A DNA stretch of 64,000 nucleotides from Ostreococcus lucimarinus. Lineage: Eukaryota. This document shows, piece after piece, positions 38,087-50,074 of this stretch. Below the pieces are notes generated by a model. It saw only the letters and a program-made list of their open reading frames with translations. It did not search any database and was not told where the DNA came from. The stretch lies in assembly GCA_000092065.1 (NCBI GenBank), contig CP000594.1; one strand, 5' to 3'. Both the position numbers and the translations under genes were made by a program. Each line of letters begins with the position of its first letter. Within the stretch, counting starts at the first letter, position 1.

Positions 38087-39796
38087 TCAGAGCGAGTACA
38101 CCGCGGCGGTGGCGGGATCCGGTAATAAGTCATCGTTGTTCCACATCGCGTCGTCGAGCTCTTCGTCGGATAAGTTGGCGTCGCCGGGACGCTTCATGCG
38201 AACCGACGTGCGCGCGCTCAGATTTTGATGCACGGGTCGCAAGGTGAGGTAGAGGAGGGTCGCGATGTATACGCCGAGCATGCTGAAGATGATGAGACCT
38301 AAGAACACACCCGCGAAAGAGCCCCACACGAGCTTAGACTCGACGATGGCCGTGGAGATCAAAATCACGTTGGCGCCGATGATTCCGCCGGAGAGCCAGA
38401 TGGTGTAACGCAACCGCTTCGCCGACACCGCCATGGGACCCATGATTCGCTCGCTCGCGGTGAACTTGATGAGGGGAATCAGCGCATACGGGAGCTGTAT
38501 CGCTAAAATTGTTGATGATATCACGATCAAGGACTCGGAGTACTTATCGCCAGCGGCCAAAACGACGATTAAAGACGGCACGATGGCGCACATGCGCGTC
38601 ACAAACGCTCGAAGCACCGGGTTGACACGAAGCTCCAAGAACCCATCCATGACGAACTGACCGGCATACGTTCCAGTAATAGTGGAACTTTGCCCCGACG
38701 CGAGCAGCGCGGCGGCGAAGAAACCTTTCGCCGCCGTGCCGAGCACCTCCTTCAACATTTGCGGCGCGTACTGCAACGGACGCTCGCGCACCTGGCGCAT
38801 TTCCTCCGGATCGGTCAAGTGCGCGTAATTCGACGCCGCGACGATGACGACGGCGAAGTTGATGAACAACGACACCGAGAGCGCCATCCCAGACTCGACG
38901 ATATTGTACTTCTACGCCATCCTCAGACTCTTTTCGCCTAAACTAAACCCGCGGCTCAACACCAGAGCGCTGTGCAAGAATAAATTATGCGGCATCACCA
39001 CGGCGCCGACGAGAGATACGGCGATATACAGCGCCTTGCTTCCCGGCAATCGAGGCAACACAATCCCCGCCACCACAGAGGACGCTTTCGCGTCCACAAA
39101 CGTGACTTCAGCCAAGAAACACAACGACATCACGCCGACGAGCGCCGCCATGAACGCCTCCAACTTTCGCACCCCGAACGACTGCAACCCCAAAAACACC
39201 ATCGTCGACATCGACGTCAGCACCACTCCCACCCACGTGGGAATTCCAAATATCAATTTCAGCGCCAACGCCGTGCCGATGACCTCCGGAACATCGCTCG
39301 CGATGATCGCCAGTTCCGTCATCGCCCACAGCGCGTACCGCGTCGGGTCCGGATACTCCTCCCGCATGCACCGCGCCAGGTCCCACCCCGTCGCCAGCGC
39401 CAGCCGTATCGTCAGACCTTGTATGTACCACCCCCCCAGCGTCGCCCAGAGCAACACCCAGAGCAATTTATACCCGAACAGCGTTCCCGCCTGCAAGTCG
39501 CTCTCAAAGTTCCCCGGATCCACGTACGCGATGCACATCAAAAATCCCGGTCCCATGAACCGCCACAGCGTCTTCAGGTTGAACCGATGATCGTCGTCGT
39601 CCAGGCCCTCGATCTCGACCCCCGCCGCGGCGCGCCGCGCCCCGTCCTCGCCTTTCGCGCGCGCGCCGTCGCCGCGCGCGTGCCATCGCGTCCCCGTCCC
39701 CGCCGTCGTCGTCCCGCCGTCGTCGTCGCCCTCGTGCGACCGCGCGGCGCGCGCGGCGCCGTCGAGCACCGGCGCGTCGTCGCGGTCGTCCTCCAT
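38087..39796 (-). CDS. NRAMP/DMT1-family divalent metal transporter, interrupted as given by an in-frame TAG at 38912..38914
   Basis: DPGN motif (AYVDPGNFESDLQAG), the TM6 motif GAVVMPHNLFLHSALV, then ...LRMA-TAG-KYNIVESGMALSVSLFINFAVV (consensus ...KYFFIESGIALFVSFLIN). Both flanking ORFs are in the same frame, separated only by the TAG. Confidence 0.85.
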
Positions 39797-40462
39797 CGCG
39801 CGCGCGCGTCGGCGCGCCGTCGCGGTGTCGCGCCGCGGTGTCGCGCCCGCGGTCTCGTCCCGAGCCTACAACACGGACGACTCGCACACCTCGACGCGCG
39901 CGACGCCGCCGCGCGACGCCGCACACGCGCGCGCGCCGCGCGCGGACCTCGCGCGCGACGTTCCTCGCGCGCGCGGCGTCCCGAAGCGCGCGCGCGATCG
40001 CGCGACGCGACGCGACGGCGACCGAACGCGATCGGTTCGCGCTTTGAATCGTCGCGACGACGACGATGTCGACGTCGCCGACGCGACGATCCTCGCGACG
40101 AGGCGCGCCGACGCCCGACGGCGAGACGATGGACGATGGAGGCGGAATCGCGCGCGACGCGCGCGCGGCGGCGTCGCGGGCGAACGTGAAGGTGCGATTC
40201 GATTTCGGAAACCTTTTGAGAATTTGAATTTCGGACGGCGACCGACGCCGAGCGGAGGCGCGCGCGGATCGAGGATCGAGCGAGGCGCGCGATCGGCGCG
40301 CGGCGGAGACGGCGGTGGACGACGGGCGCGAAAGCGCGGGCGCGATGGGGCGGCGCGCGGGAGGGATCGGACGGGCGGGGAAGACTGACGGCGACGCGCG
40401 CTCGAAATCGACAGGTCGAGACGGAGGAGGGGAAGGAGGACGCGCTGGGACGAGGACGGCGG

Positions 40463-42736
40463 GTGCGAACGGCGAAGCTCGAGACGGGGGACGATGGAAG
40501 GAACGGGAGCTCGACGCGCGCGGGGTCGTCGACGCCGAAACGGGGGAGTTCGGTGGAGAACGAGCCGGCGTCGAAGAGCGACGGGACGACGACGGTTTCG
40601 GCGTTGAGCGTGCTCGGCGTGCAGGCGCCGCGAGTCGTGGGTAAGCGAACGCCCAGGAAGCCGTCGAGCGCGTACGTTAACTTTGAAAATGCGGCGGAGG
40701 TTCTAGTTTCGCTGTCGCCGCAGATCAACCGCGAAGCGGTTCGCGCGGCGCAGCAAAATAGCCCGAGTAGGAGCTACGCGACGAAGAGTCAAATCGCGGA
40801 CTTGGCGTTGGGTAACGTGACGACGCCCAGACGAAAGCGCGCGCGGGCGTTGTTCCCGGATGAAGTGTTCACGACGAGCACGGCGAACGGTTCATCGCCC
40901 GCTAGAAGGAAGAAGCCGATGTCGGCGGCGGATGAAGACACGCTCTACGGCGCTCTAGACGGATTGATGACGCTCGCAGAGAACGTCGCGGCTCCATCGC
41001 CGCAACAGACGGATAGCATGAAGAAGAAACGTAAGCAAGGTAGTGGACGACCGCGCGGCTCGTACGGGTCACCTTCACGCCACCTGCCGCCGTTACCGAA
41101 GTATGCGCTCAAGCCGACGCCGATGCCGGTCGGGAAGAAGATGTTGAAGATAAACAGGCCTCGGCGCCACGTTTCGCGCGAGATCGAATCTGTTGGTCTC
41201 GGCGCGGCGTCCTCACTCTTTCACGATCATCGTCTGAGCGAAACGGCTGAGGCGACGACGACGACGCAAGGAGACAACCGGGCGCGTTTGCTCATCGGTG
41301 CGCACGATCCGTTGACGAGACGCTGGGCAAACGCCAACTTCTTCACCGCTGGTACGGACAAGGGCTGGTTTGAAGACAGTGGCTTCTCACGATGGTTGCA
41401 GCACATTGGTAAAGGCGATATGCGCGTCGCTACGCGCGAAGAATGGCAAAAAGTCCGTCGAAAATTACCAAAGACGAGACGCCTTTCGCTCAAATTTTTG
41501 AAGGACGAGCGTGTGGACTTGGAGTATTTCCGACACGCCGCGCGCGAGATGACAAACTTGAAATTGCACGGTACGGTTCTAACGGATGAGCTTAAGGCCT
41601 TAATGCTCAAGTGGACGGGTGGCGTTCCGGTCCCGTCGCCGCTCGAAGTCGGGCAAACGGTGTTGGCGGTGCATCCCCGATTCCATTCGCCGTACATAGG
41701 AAACATATTGATTGTCGAGCGCGCCACCTGTCGCGTACAATTTGCACGTCCAGAACTCGGTGTCGAGCTCGTCCGAGACATCGATATCATGCCAGTAGAC
41801 GCCAACCAAGAAGAGATGGATCTGATTGCTGCGGGGACCGCGGAACAAATCGAAAACGAAGCCTTCAACGCTGGTTTCCGAGGAATTTACGATCCGCTGC
41901 CGGTGGTCGGTGGCGGTGGCCACGCCTACGGCGCCGGCGTCGCAGTTGCCGCACAAATGCGTGAGATGGACGTCCGTTTGCTCAACGAAGCTCAACAAGC
42001 TCTCGAGCGCAAGCGCGAGCTCGTCGATGCGTTGCGGATGAAGAATGACGCCGCGGAGGAGTTCAAAAAGAAACCAGAACGCGTCAAGCAAGCGGCGGAG
42101 ACGAACGGCGAAGCGCTTAAATTCCAACGAGAATACGCCGCCATCGTTCTCGCCTTGCGCGGCGCCAACGCGGAGTTGGAGGGTGCTTTAGTTCGCTTGC
42201 GGCAGCAACAGGGATATCACGACAAACCCCTCGGGTTGTGGCGGAAAATCAAGAGTCAGAATTTGGGCGACGGTCATCGCGCTCTCTCTCGATTCGCCCC
42301 ACCATCCGCGACGCCGAGCTCGGACGAACTCTACGCTTCGACGGCGGAAGACATCGTCGCCACCGCCGGCATGGGCGCTCGTCGCATCGTTTACCACGTG
42401 CAAACCACCACCAACGCCGGCGCCGAGAGCACGGCGACGCTCAATCCGAGTCTCCAGGAACCTCTCGGAACCGGCGCCACTAAGTCCGATCTCCCTCCCA
42501 CCGCCGCCGACGTCGACGCCGAAAAGCTCAAAGTCACCCAGCTCGTCACCGCCATCGTCCAGGCCGCGCTCACCATCAAAGCCTGCGCCGACCGCGGCGC
42601 CAGCGCGAGCGTCCTCGACGCCTGCCTCCGCCGCGTTTCCGATTCCCTTCGCCCCGTCGCCGTGAGCAATCGCGCCGCTTTCGACGCCGTCGAGCGCGCT
42701 CTCAAAGACCTTCGCGACGTCTTTCTCATCCGTTGA
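40463..42736 (+). CDS. LIN9/ALY (Mip130) DIRP-domain protein, MuvB/DREAM complex component
   Basis: DIRP domain RRWANANFF...ATREEWQKVRRKLPKTRRLSLKFLKDERVDLEYFR (compare LIN9 LTRVEWGKIRRLMGKPRRCSSAFFEEER) and the conserved C-terminal region VGQTVLAVHPRFHSPYIGNILIVERATCRVQFARPELGVELVRDIDIMPVD. The track start at 40463 is GTG. The first in-frame ATG is at 40919, so an upstream exon or non-ATG start is possible. Confidence 0.65.
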   Translation: MRTAKLETGDDGRNGSSTRAGSSTPKRGSSVENEPASKSDGTTTVSALSVLGVQAPRVVGKRTPRKPSSAYVNFENAAEVLVSLSPQINREAVRAAQQNSPSRSYATKSQIADLALGNVTTPRRKRARALFPDEVFTTSTANGSSPARRKKPMSAADEDTLYGALDGLMTLAENVAAPSPQQTDSMKKKRKQGSGRPRGSYGSPSRHLPPLPKYALKPTPMPVGKKMLKINRPRRHVSREIESVGLGAASSLFHDHRLSETAEATTTTQGDNRARLLIGAHDPLTRRWANANFFTAGTDKGWFEDSGFSRWLQHIGKGDMRVATREEWQKVRRKLPKTRRLSLKFLKDERVDLEYFRHAAREMTNLKLHGTVLTDELKALMLKWTGGVPVPSPLEVGQTVLAVHPRFHSPYIGNILIVERATCRVQFARPELGVELVRDIDIMPVDANQEEMDLIAAGTAEQIENEAFNAGFRGIYDPLPVVGGGGHAYGAGVAVAAQMREMDVRLLNEAQQALERKRELVDALRMKNDAAEEFKKKPERVKQAAETNGEALKFQREYAAIVLALRGANAELEGALVRLRQQQGYHDKPLGLWRKIKSQNLGDGHRALSRFAPPSATPSSDELYASTAEDIVATAGMGARRIVYHVQTTTNAGAESTATLNPSLQEPLGTGATKSDLPPTAADVDAEKLKVTQLVTAIVQAALTIKACADRGASASVLDACLRRVSDSLRPVAVSNRAAFDAVERALKDLRDVFLIR

Positions 42737-42854
42737 CGCTTTTAACCACCACCCGCATCCCTGCGTCCCAATCCGCGCGCGCACCGTCAAAACGCGCCGC
42801 GCGCGCCGTCGCCGCGTCCGAGTCCCGCGAGAGCTAAAAGCGCGCGACGCCATC

Positions 42855-44033
42855 ATGCGCGCGAGCGTCGCTTCCGGCGCCGTCGCCGCCGCCGCGCGTC
42901 GCGCGTCGTTCCGGAATTCCGTCGACAATTCAGTGGCGTCCCTGCGACGACCGAAGCGCGTCGCGACGAGCGCGCGTCGACGCCGATCGTCGACACCGCG
43001 CGCGCACCACGGACCGATGACCAATCTGCAGTTCACGCCGGACAGCGCGCTCGCGGGAGGGCTGATTTTGGGGTCGATGGTGGTGGCGAAGCGATTGAAT
43101 TCGGGACGCAATTTGGGCGTGAGCGGGGACACCAAGGCGTTCGCGCGAGGCGAGGGTCGAGCGACGAGCGCGGCGTTTTTGATCGGACTGCTCGCGGCGG
43201 GATACGCGGCACCGATGATTCTGGGCGCGCAGGCGGCGGTGCCGATGGTGGACGCGACGCGAGCCATCGCGGCGGGCGCGCTCGTCGGAGCGGGGAGCTC
43301 GCTCGGAGGCGGGTGCACGAGCGGACACGGAATCTCTGGGATCGGACGATTGGACGTGCGAAGCGTGGCGTTCACGTGCGTGTTCATGGTCGTCGGTGCG
43401 ATCACGGTCGCGGCGACGGGAACGATGGATGAGTTACACGTGTCGCAAGCGACGAAGACGATCGACATGCTCGCGCGCTCGCCCGAGGCGAAAACGATTT
43501 TGTACGCCAAAATTTTCGCCGCCGGTGCGGCTGTCCAAGGCGTGCTCTACGCGCTCGCTAAGCGTGAGGGCGGAGGAATCACGGACGTCGTGAAGAAGCT
43601 CGAGCTCGTGAGCGAGTCCGTCGCCGGACTGTTTTTCGGTCTCGGTCTCGTCGTGAGCGGGATGACGAATCCGGCGAAAGTCGCCGGTTTTCTCGCAGTC
43701 ACCACTCAAGCTTTCGATCCGTCCTTGATGTTCGTCATGGGCGGCGCGCTCGCCCTCGTGGTTGTTTCTATGTTCCTCGCGAAGAATGCCTTGGGCGTCT
43801 CTCGTCCGGCCATGGCGCGAGAGTTCTCGACTACTCCGAAGTACGTCGACAAGTCTGTTTTGATCGGAGGCGCGCTCTTCGGCGCTGGCTGGGGCTTGGG
43901 CGGCGTTTGCCCCGGCCCGGGCCTCGTCAATCTCGTTCTGAACTCCGGTCGCGAGATCACGCTCTGGTGCGTCGCGTACTTTGCCGCGCAAGCCGTCCAA
44001 CAAAAGCTCTCCTCCCAGTACTCTCTCGAATAA
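42855..44033 (+). CDS. YeeE/YedE-family (TsuA-like) sulfur-compound transporter with N-terminal targeting sequence
   Basis: Two conserved Cys loops typical of PF04143: SSLGGGCTSGHGISG and GWGLGGVCPGPG; about 9 hydrophobic helices. The overlapping minus-strand ORF 42188..43510 is rejected. Confidence 0.7.
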   Translation: MRASVASGAVAAAARRASFRNSVDNSVASLRRPKRVATSARRRRSSTPRAHHGPMTNLQFTPDSALAGGLILGSMVVAKRLNSGRNLGVSGDTKAFARGEGRATSAAFLIGLLAAGYAAPMILGAQAAVPMVDATRAIAAGALVGAGSSLGGGCTSGHGISGIGRLDVRSVAFTCVFMVVGAITVAATGTMDELHVSQATKTIDMLARSPEAKTILYAKIFAAGAAVQGVLYALAKREGGGITDVVKKLELVSESVAGLFFGLGLVVSGMTNPAKVAGFLAVTTQAFDPSLMFVMGGALALVVVSMFLAKNALGVSRPAMAREFSTTPKYVDKSVLIGGALFGAGWGLGGVCPGPGLVNLVLNSGREITLWCVAYFAAQAVQQKLSSQYSLE

Positions 44034-44767
44034 CCGCCGTCCCGCGGCTGCAATACCAAACTTCACAACGTACCCTCACACCCCCGCGCGCGCGGCGCCG
44101 TGCGATCAGCGATGCTCTCGACGCGCGCGCGAGCGGCGCCGCCCTCCTTCGCGCGCGTCTCGAGCCGCTCGCGTCGCGCTCGCGTCCCCGCGGCGTCGCC
44201 GCGCGCCGTCGAGTTCGGCGCGCGGGACATCGCTTCCCTTCCTCGCGTCGCCGCGTCGTTCGCATCCGCCGGAAAACTAAAGTCGCCGGCGCCCCAGCGC
44301 GCGTCTCGCGACGTCAAAGCCCGCGGCGTGCCCGTTCTCTCGTCGCTTCCGCTCGTCGGCTGGGCGTTTTCGTCCCCAGTCGTGCTCGTGGTCTACGTTT
44401 TCGTCGCGATTAGGATGTATCTCGGCTACGACAGGACCACGTTCGGAAGCGGCGTGCCCAAGATCGCCATGTGCGGCCTGTGGCCCGTCTTGGCCGCGCT
44501 ATCGGCGTCGTTTCGCGAGAATTTAAAGCGCTCTTTGTAAGACTTGAGGATTTGAATGCGCCCGGGACAGGCGTCAGAACGCGACGCGACGTCGCGTCGT
44601 CGCGCGCGCGTCGTCGGACCCGCGCGCGCGCTCGAAGGCGGAAAAGACTCGCGCGCGCGATCGCGCGCGCTCGAACTCGCGCGAATCGCGACGCGCGCGT
44701 CGATAGGCGCGCGTGAACGTCGACGCGCGGTGACAGTTGCGTCGAGTAAATCGCCGCGCGGCGGCGC

Positions 44768-46261
44768 ATGCGCCCTGGCCGATCGTCGCTCAGCGGACAG
44801 AGTTTGAACGAAGAACACCGCGCGCGCGCTCACGCGCGAGGGAGGACGTCGCTCGGGATGTCGGCGTCGAACAAGCGCGCGTTCGTGTTCACGTGCCTGG
44901 GCCTCGGGTTGGTGTTCGCCGATCAAAATTTGTTAGCGCCGAATTTGACCGCCATCGCGAACGATTTGAATCTGTCGCCGAATGAGCGGGACTATAAATT
45001 AGGCGGGCAGATCGCGTTCGCGTTCTTCTTGCTCGGCGCGCCGGCGGCGGTGTTGATCGGGTCGATGGCGGATTACTATCCGCGCACGAAGCTCTTCGCG
45101 TGGACGATGCTGTTGGGATCGTGCCCCAACGTCCTGGCGTGGATGCCGGGGGTGACGACTTTTGGTCAGTTGTATTGGTTGCGCGCGCTGACGGGAATCG
45201 CGGTAGGCGGCGCGGCGCCGTTGACGTACTCCTTAATGTCAGACTTATTTCCGCCGAGCGAGCGGACGAAGATGAGCGCGGTGACGGGGCTATCGATGAC
45301 GCTCGGGATCGTCTGCGGGCAAGCGATCGCGGGATTTTTGGGGGAGTCGTACGGCTGGCGCTTGCCGTTCGCGGTGGTGGCGATTCCGGCGATATGCGTG
45401 GCCATGGTGCTGATGTTCTTTGTCGAGGAGCCCGAGCGCGGGGCGATGGAGGCGCCGCCGGACGAGGAGGCAAGTCTCGAGCAAGAGTCGCTCGTCATCC
45501 AATCGTCCTCACGACCCTCGACACCGCCGATACCACCGCGAGGGCTGCACTTCAGCGCGACCGCGGCGAAGATGTATGCGCGAAAGTTGCACGGCATCGT
45601 CTCCGTGCGCACCGTGGCGTTGTTCTTGGCGCAAGGCGTGTCGGGTTGCGTGCCGTGGAGTATGATCAACACGTTCTTCAACGATTACTTAGCGCAAGAT
45701 AAGGGGTTAGGTGTGAAGCAGAGCACGTCGATGCTGATTTTATTCGCCGTCGGCGGCATGTTAGGGACGATTTGGGCCGGGTGGTACGGCCAAATTCTTT
45801 TCAACAACAAACCGGAGAACGTATCGATTTTCATGGGATCGAGCGCAATCGTGGGGGTGTTCCCGGTGGCTTACTTGGTGTTGGCGAATTACGACAACTC
45901 CGCGTCCGACATCGCGATCAAGTCGATCTTATCCTTTATTTCGGGAGGCATCGCTTCGTGCGTCGGCGTGAACATTCGAGCGCTGTTGCTCAACGTCCTG
46001 CATCCCATGAATCGCGGCACCGCGTTTTCCCTCTTCATGCTCACCGACGATTTAGGCAAAGGATTCGGACCTCTCGTCGTCGCCGGCTTCGTCGCCGCGT
46101 TCGGTCGCGAGACGGCCTTTTTCATCTCGGTTTTGTTCTGGATTCCTTGCGGGTGTCTTCTCGCCGCCTCGTGCTACACGCTGAAACGAGATTTACAAAC
46201 CGCCGCTGCGCGTTACCAAACAGAACGCGCCGAAGAAAATCGTTCGGTTCGATTGGATTAG
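44768..46261 (+). CDS. MFS-type transporter (intact paralogue B of the gene at 5415..7161)
   Basis: 497 aa, 12 predicted TM. Motifs FADQNLLAPNLTAIANDLNLSPNERDYKLGG, GIAVGG, YGWRLPF, VPWSMINTFF, LLNVLHPMNRGT. TAG stop at 46259. The start could be the internal ATG at 44858 (MSASNKRAF). Confidence 0.8.
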   Translation: MRPGRSSLSGQSLNEEHRARAHARGRTSLGMSASNKRAFVFTCLGLGLVFADQNLLAPNLTAIANDLNLSPNERDYKLGGQIAFAFFLLGAPAAVLIGSMADYYPRTKLFAWTMLLGSCPNVLAWMPGVTTFGQLYWLRALTGIAVGGAAPLTYSLMSDLFPPSERTKMSAVTGLSMTLGIVCGQAIAGFLGESYGWRLPFAVVAIPAICVAMVLMFFVEEPERGAMEAPPDEEASLEQESLVIQSSSRPSTPPIPPRGLHFSATAAKMYARKLHGIVSVRTVALFLAQGVSGCVPWSMINTFFNDYLAQDKGLGVKQSTSMLILFAVGGMLGTIWAGWYGQILFNNKPENVSIFMGSSAIVGVFPVAYLVLANYDNSASDIAIKSILSFISGGIASCVGVNIRALLLNVLHPMNRGTAFSLFMLTDDLGKGFGPLVVAGFVAAFGRETAFFISVLFWIPCGCLLAASCYTLKRDLQTAAARYQTERAEENRSVRLD

Positions 46262-46337
46262 CCCTTCTTCGCGCCCGCTGTAGATTATCCCTCATTTCAA
46301 TCCGACGCGCTCGCGTCACTAATCCCCTCGCCGCGCC

Positions 46338-47228
46338 ATGGCGCCCTTCAACCTGAAAACGATCAGCGTCACCCGCGCCCACCACGGCACCTTACATCGG
46401 CTCCAACACGACTCCGAAACCTTGAGCTCGGTCGCGACTTTCGCCGTGTTCGTTCCCGGCGCGGTCGAAGACTTCAAAGACAAATTCCCCCTCTTGTTGT
46501 ACCTCTCCGGATTGACGTGCACGGACGAAAATGTGGCGCAGAAAGGGTGCGCGTTCGAGCACTGCCACGCGCGGCGCGTGGCCATGGTCATGCCGGACAC
46601 GTCACCGCGAGGAGACGACGCGGCGGACGACGAGGCGTGGGATTTAGGGAAGGGGGCTGGATTTTATGTAGACGCGTCGGCGGCGCCGTGGTCTCGACAC
46701 TACAAAACGTACTCGTACGTCACGAAAGAGCTGCCGAAAGTGCTGCGGGCGTGCGATTTTGCCGATGCGTTGGATCACGAGCGAGTGTCGATCTCGGGGC
46801 ACTCGATGGGGGGACACGGGGCGTTGACGTTGGCGCTGAGAAATCCAAACGCGTACGCGAGCGCGAGCGCGTTCGCTCCGATTGCTAATCCGACGGCGTC
46901 GGATTGCCCGTGGGGACAAAAGGCGCTCAAGGCCTACCTTGGGAGCGCGGATTGCGATGAGGCGAAATCGCACGACGCGACGGAGCTCGTGAAGAGCGTC
47001 GAGGCGGGCACGTTTAAGATGCCGATTTTAATTGATCAAGGCGCGGCGGACTCCTTTTATAAGACGCAGTTGCACCCTGAGCGTTTCGTGGACGCGGCGA
47101 AAGAGCGTGGATGTGATGTCACGTATCGTCTGCACGATGGTTACGATCATAGCTACTTTTTTGTTTCCACGTTCATGCGCGAGCACATCGAGTTCCACGC
47201 CGCGGCGCTGGGAAGTCTTAAAATTTAA
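46338..47228 (+). CDS. S-formylglutathione hydrolase (esterase D / FGH)
   Basis: Full-length match to the esterase D family: LLLYLSGLTCTDEN, VMPDTSPRG, GKGAGFYVDA...W..HYKTYSYVTKELP, the nucleophile elbow GHSMGGHGAL, AFAPIANP, and the C-terminal HDGYDHSYFF. Confidence 0.9.
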   Translation: MAPFNLKTISVTRAHHGTLHRLQHDSETLSSVATFAVFVPGAVEDFKDKFPLLLYLSGLTCTDENVAQKGCAFEHCHARRVAMVMPDTSPRGDDAADDEAWDLGKGAGFYVDASAAPWSRHYKTYSYVTKELPKVLRACDFADALDHERVSISGHSMGGHGALTLALRNPNAYASASAFAPIANPTASDCPWGQKALKAYLGSADCDEAKSHDATELVKSVEAGTFKMPILIDQGAADSFYKTQLHPERFVDAAKERGCDVTYRLHDGYDHSYFFVSTFMREHIEFHAAALGSLKI

Positions 47229-47282
47229 TGACATTGATAATCGGTTGTGAAAGTAATTATACGGTTGAGAAGGACCGCTTGA

Positions 47283-48559
<1,277 letters not shown>

Positions 48560-48678
48560 TCAGTGGCGACGCGCGAACGCGAAGGGGACGTTTTTCGCGA
48601 CGACGATTCGACGACGACGGCGCGGGAAACGACGAGGCGTCGCGACGGACGGCGCGCGGAGTTACAAGCGAGCGTCCG

Positions 48679-48906
48679 CTACGGCTTGGCGCTCGCGAGG
48701 GGGGCGACGTACTGCGTGGACTGCTGAAACGCCTCGATCTCGCGGTGAATCGCGTCGACGGCGTCGGGCTGGACGAGGACGCGACGCGCGTCGAGGTCGA
48801 CGACGACGAACTTGCGCTCCGCGGGCGCGACGTCGTTGAGGTGGAGGATGTACTGCTTGATGGGGACGTCGGCGGTGATCATGACGCCGTGGACGGCGGA
48901 GACCAT
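48679..48906 (-). CDS. Small roadblock/LC7-fold protein (putative dynein light chain roadblock-type or related). Low confidence
   Basis: A 75-aa ORF, ATG at 48906. VHGVMITADVPIKQ (compare robl VQGIIVVNTEGIPIKS) and ERKFVVVDLDARRVLVQPD (compare KNEIMVAPDKDYFLIVIQ). It is shorter than canonical roadblock proteins, and a middle helix appears to be missing. Confidence 0.3.
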   Translation of the reverse strand: MVSAVHGVMITADVPIKQYILHLNDVAPAERKFVVVDLDARRVLVQPDAVDAIHREIEAFQQSTQYVAPLASAKP

Positions 48907-49020
48907 GGCGCGCGCCAGGCGCGGTCTGCGGGTCGCGGCGACGACGCGCGCGGCGAAGGGAGAAATGGGCTAAAACGAGGGCTAAAACGAAGACCGATGG
49001 CGAGGTCGGTGATGGCTAAA

Positions 49021-49977
49021 TCATGGCGCGCCGTAGAGCCGCGCCCACGGTGGACGCGGGGCGTGGACGTCGACGCGGAGGTTGGATTTGGGGTGGCGAA
49101 ACGCGACGCGCTCGGCGTGGAGCAACGCGCCGGCGACGCGACGCGCGGAGAAAGGCGCGTCGATCGGTCCGTCGCGAGTCGCGGCGATCGGTCCGCCGTA
49201 TCTCACGTCGCCGACGAGCGGAAGTCCGAGCGACGCGCAGTGAAGTCTGATCTGGTGCGTGCGACCGGTGAGCGGGGAGCAACGCGCCAACGCGACGCGG
49301 TGTCGTCGGCGGTCGGCGTCGTCGGCGGTCGGCGGTTCGCAAAATCGCAGCGCCACGCCGTCGGTGATCACGCGCTCGACGATGATCGTGGTTTCGGCGT
49401 GCTTGACCTTGACCTTTTTGTTCCCGGGAAGCGCGCGGCCGATGTCCGCGGCGTCGTAGAGACGGAAGAGGCCGTATTTCGCGCGGCCCCAACCCGTGAA
49501 TACTCTGCGATGATCTTCAACGCCGTCGTAATCCGCCGTCGCCGCGCACAGCGCGACGTACGTCTTCTGCACCGTGCCGTCGGCGAATTGCGCCGACAAG
49601 CTGCGAATGGCGTCTCGATTTCGCGCGACGACGAGACATCCGGAGGTGTCGCGGTCGAGTCTGTGAACGACGCGCGCCGACTCCGAGGCGTTGAACGGCA
49701 CGTCCCGCGTCGTCGCGCGGTTATCGACCGTGGTCGCATCATCGCATTTCACCATGCCTCGCTCGACGAGGCGTTCTATATCGTGCACGTACGTCTGCGC
49801 AGGCTTGTTCAGGACGTAGACGTCGTCGTCGACGTACACCGCGAGCAACGGGACGCCGGCGGCTGCGTCCGCTCTCGCCGCGCGTTCGCACGACTCCGCG
49901 CGCTCGCCCTCGATCGCGCGCGCTGCATCACTCGGCGGCCCAGGACGGAGCGTCGGTTTGGGATATTCGGTCGACAT
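49021..49977 (-). CDS. RluA-family pseudouridine synthase
   Basis: Motif II HRLDRDTSGCLVVA and the GRTHQIRLH motif. Start preferred at the ATG at 49977 (MSTEYPKP). The track start at 50064 would lie 10 nt from the upstream gene's stop. TGA at 49021. Confidence 0.7.
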   Translation of the reverse strand: MSTEYPKPTLRPGPPSDAARAIEGERAESCERAARADAAAGVPLLAVYVDDDVYVLNKPAQTYVHDIERLVERGMVKCDDATTVDNRATTRDVPFNASESARVVHRLDRDTSGCLVVARNRDAIRSLSAQFADGTVQKTYVALCAATADYDGVEDHRRVFTGWGRAKYGLFRLYDAADIGRALPGNKKVKVKHAETTIIVERVITDGVALRFCEPPTADDADRRRHRVALARCSPLTGRTHQIRLHCASLGLPLVGDVRYGGPIAATRDGPIDAPFSARRVAGALLHAERVAFRHPKSNLRVDVHAPRPPWARLYGAP

Positions 49978-50074
49978 CTCGCCGCGAGGCGATAAATGAT
50001 GAGACGCAGGGCGAAACCTCGAGCGTCCAGCGTCGCAAACTTTTGCGACGCGAATGACGCTCACCCCATTTTAC

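Noticed and set aside
42188-43510. 440-aa minus-strand ORF antisense to the YeeE/YedE transporter
   Set aside because: The plus strand carries the two diagnostic GxxGCxxG loops and nine TM helices. The minus-strand product is Ala/Arg-rich with no features.
48745-49995. 416-aa plus-strand ORF antisense to the RluA pseudouridine synthase
   Set aside because: The minus strand has the RluA catalytic motifs (HRLDRDTSG, GRTHQIRLH). The plus-strand frame is Asp/Gly/Arg-rich filler.
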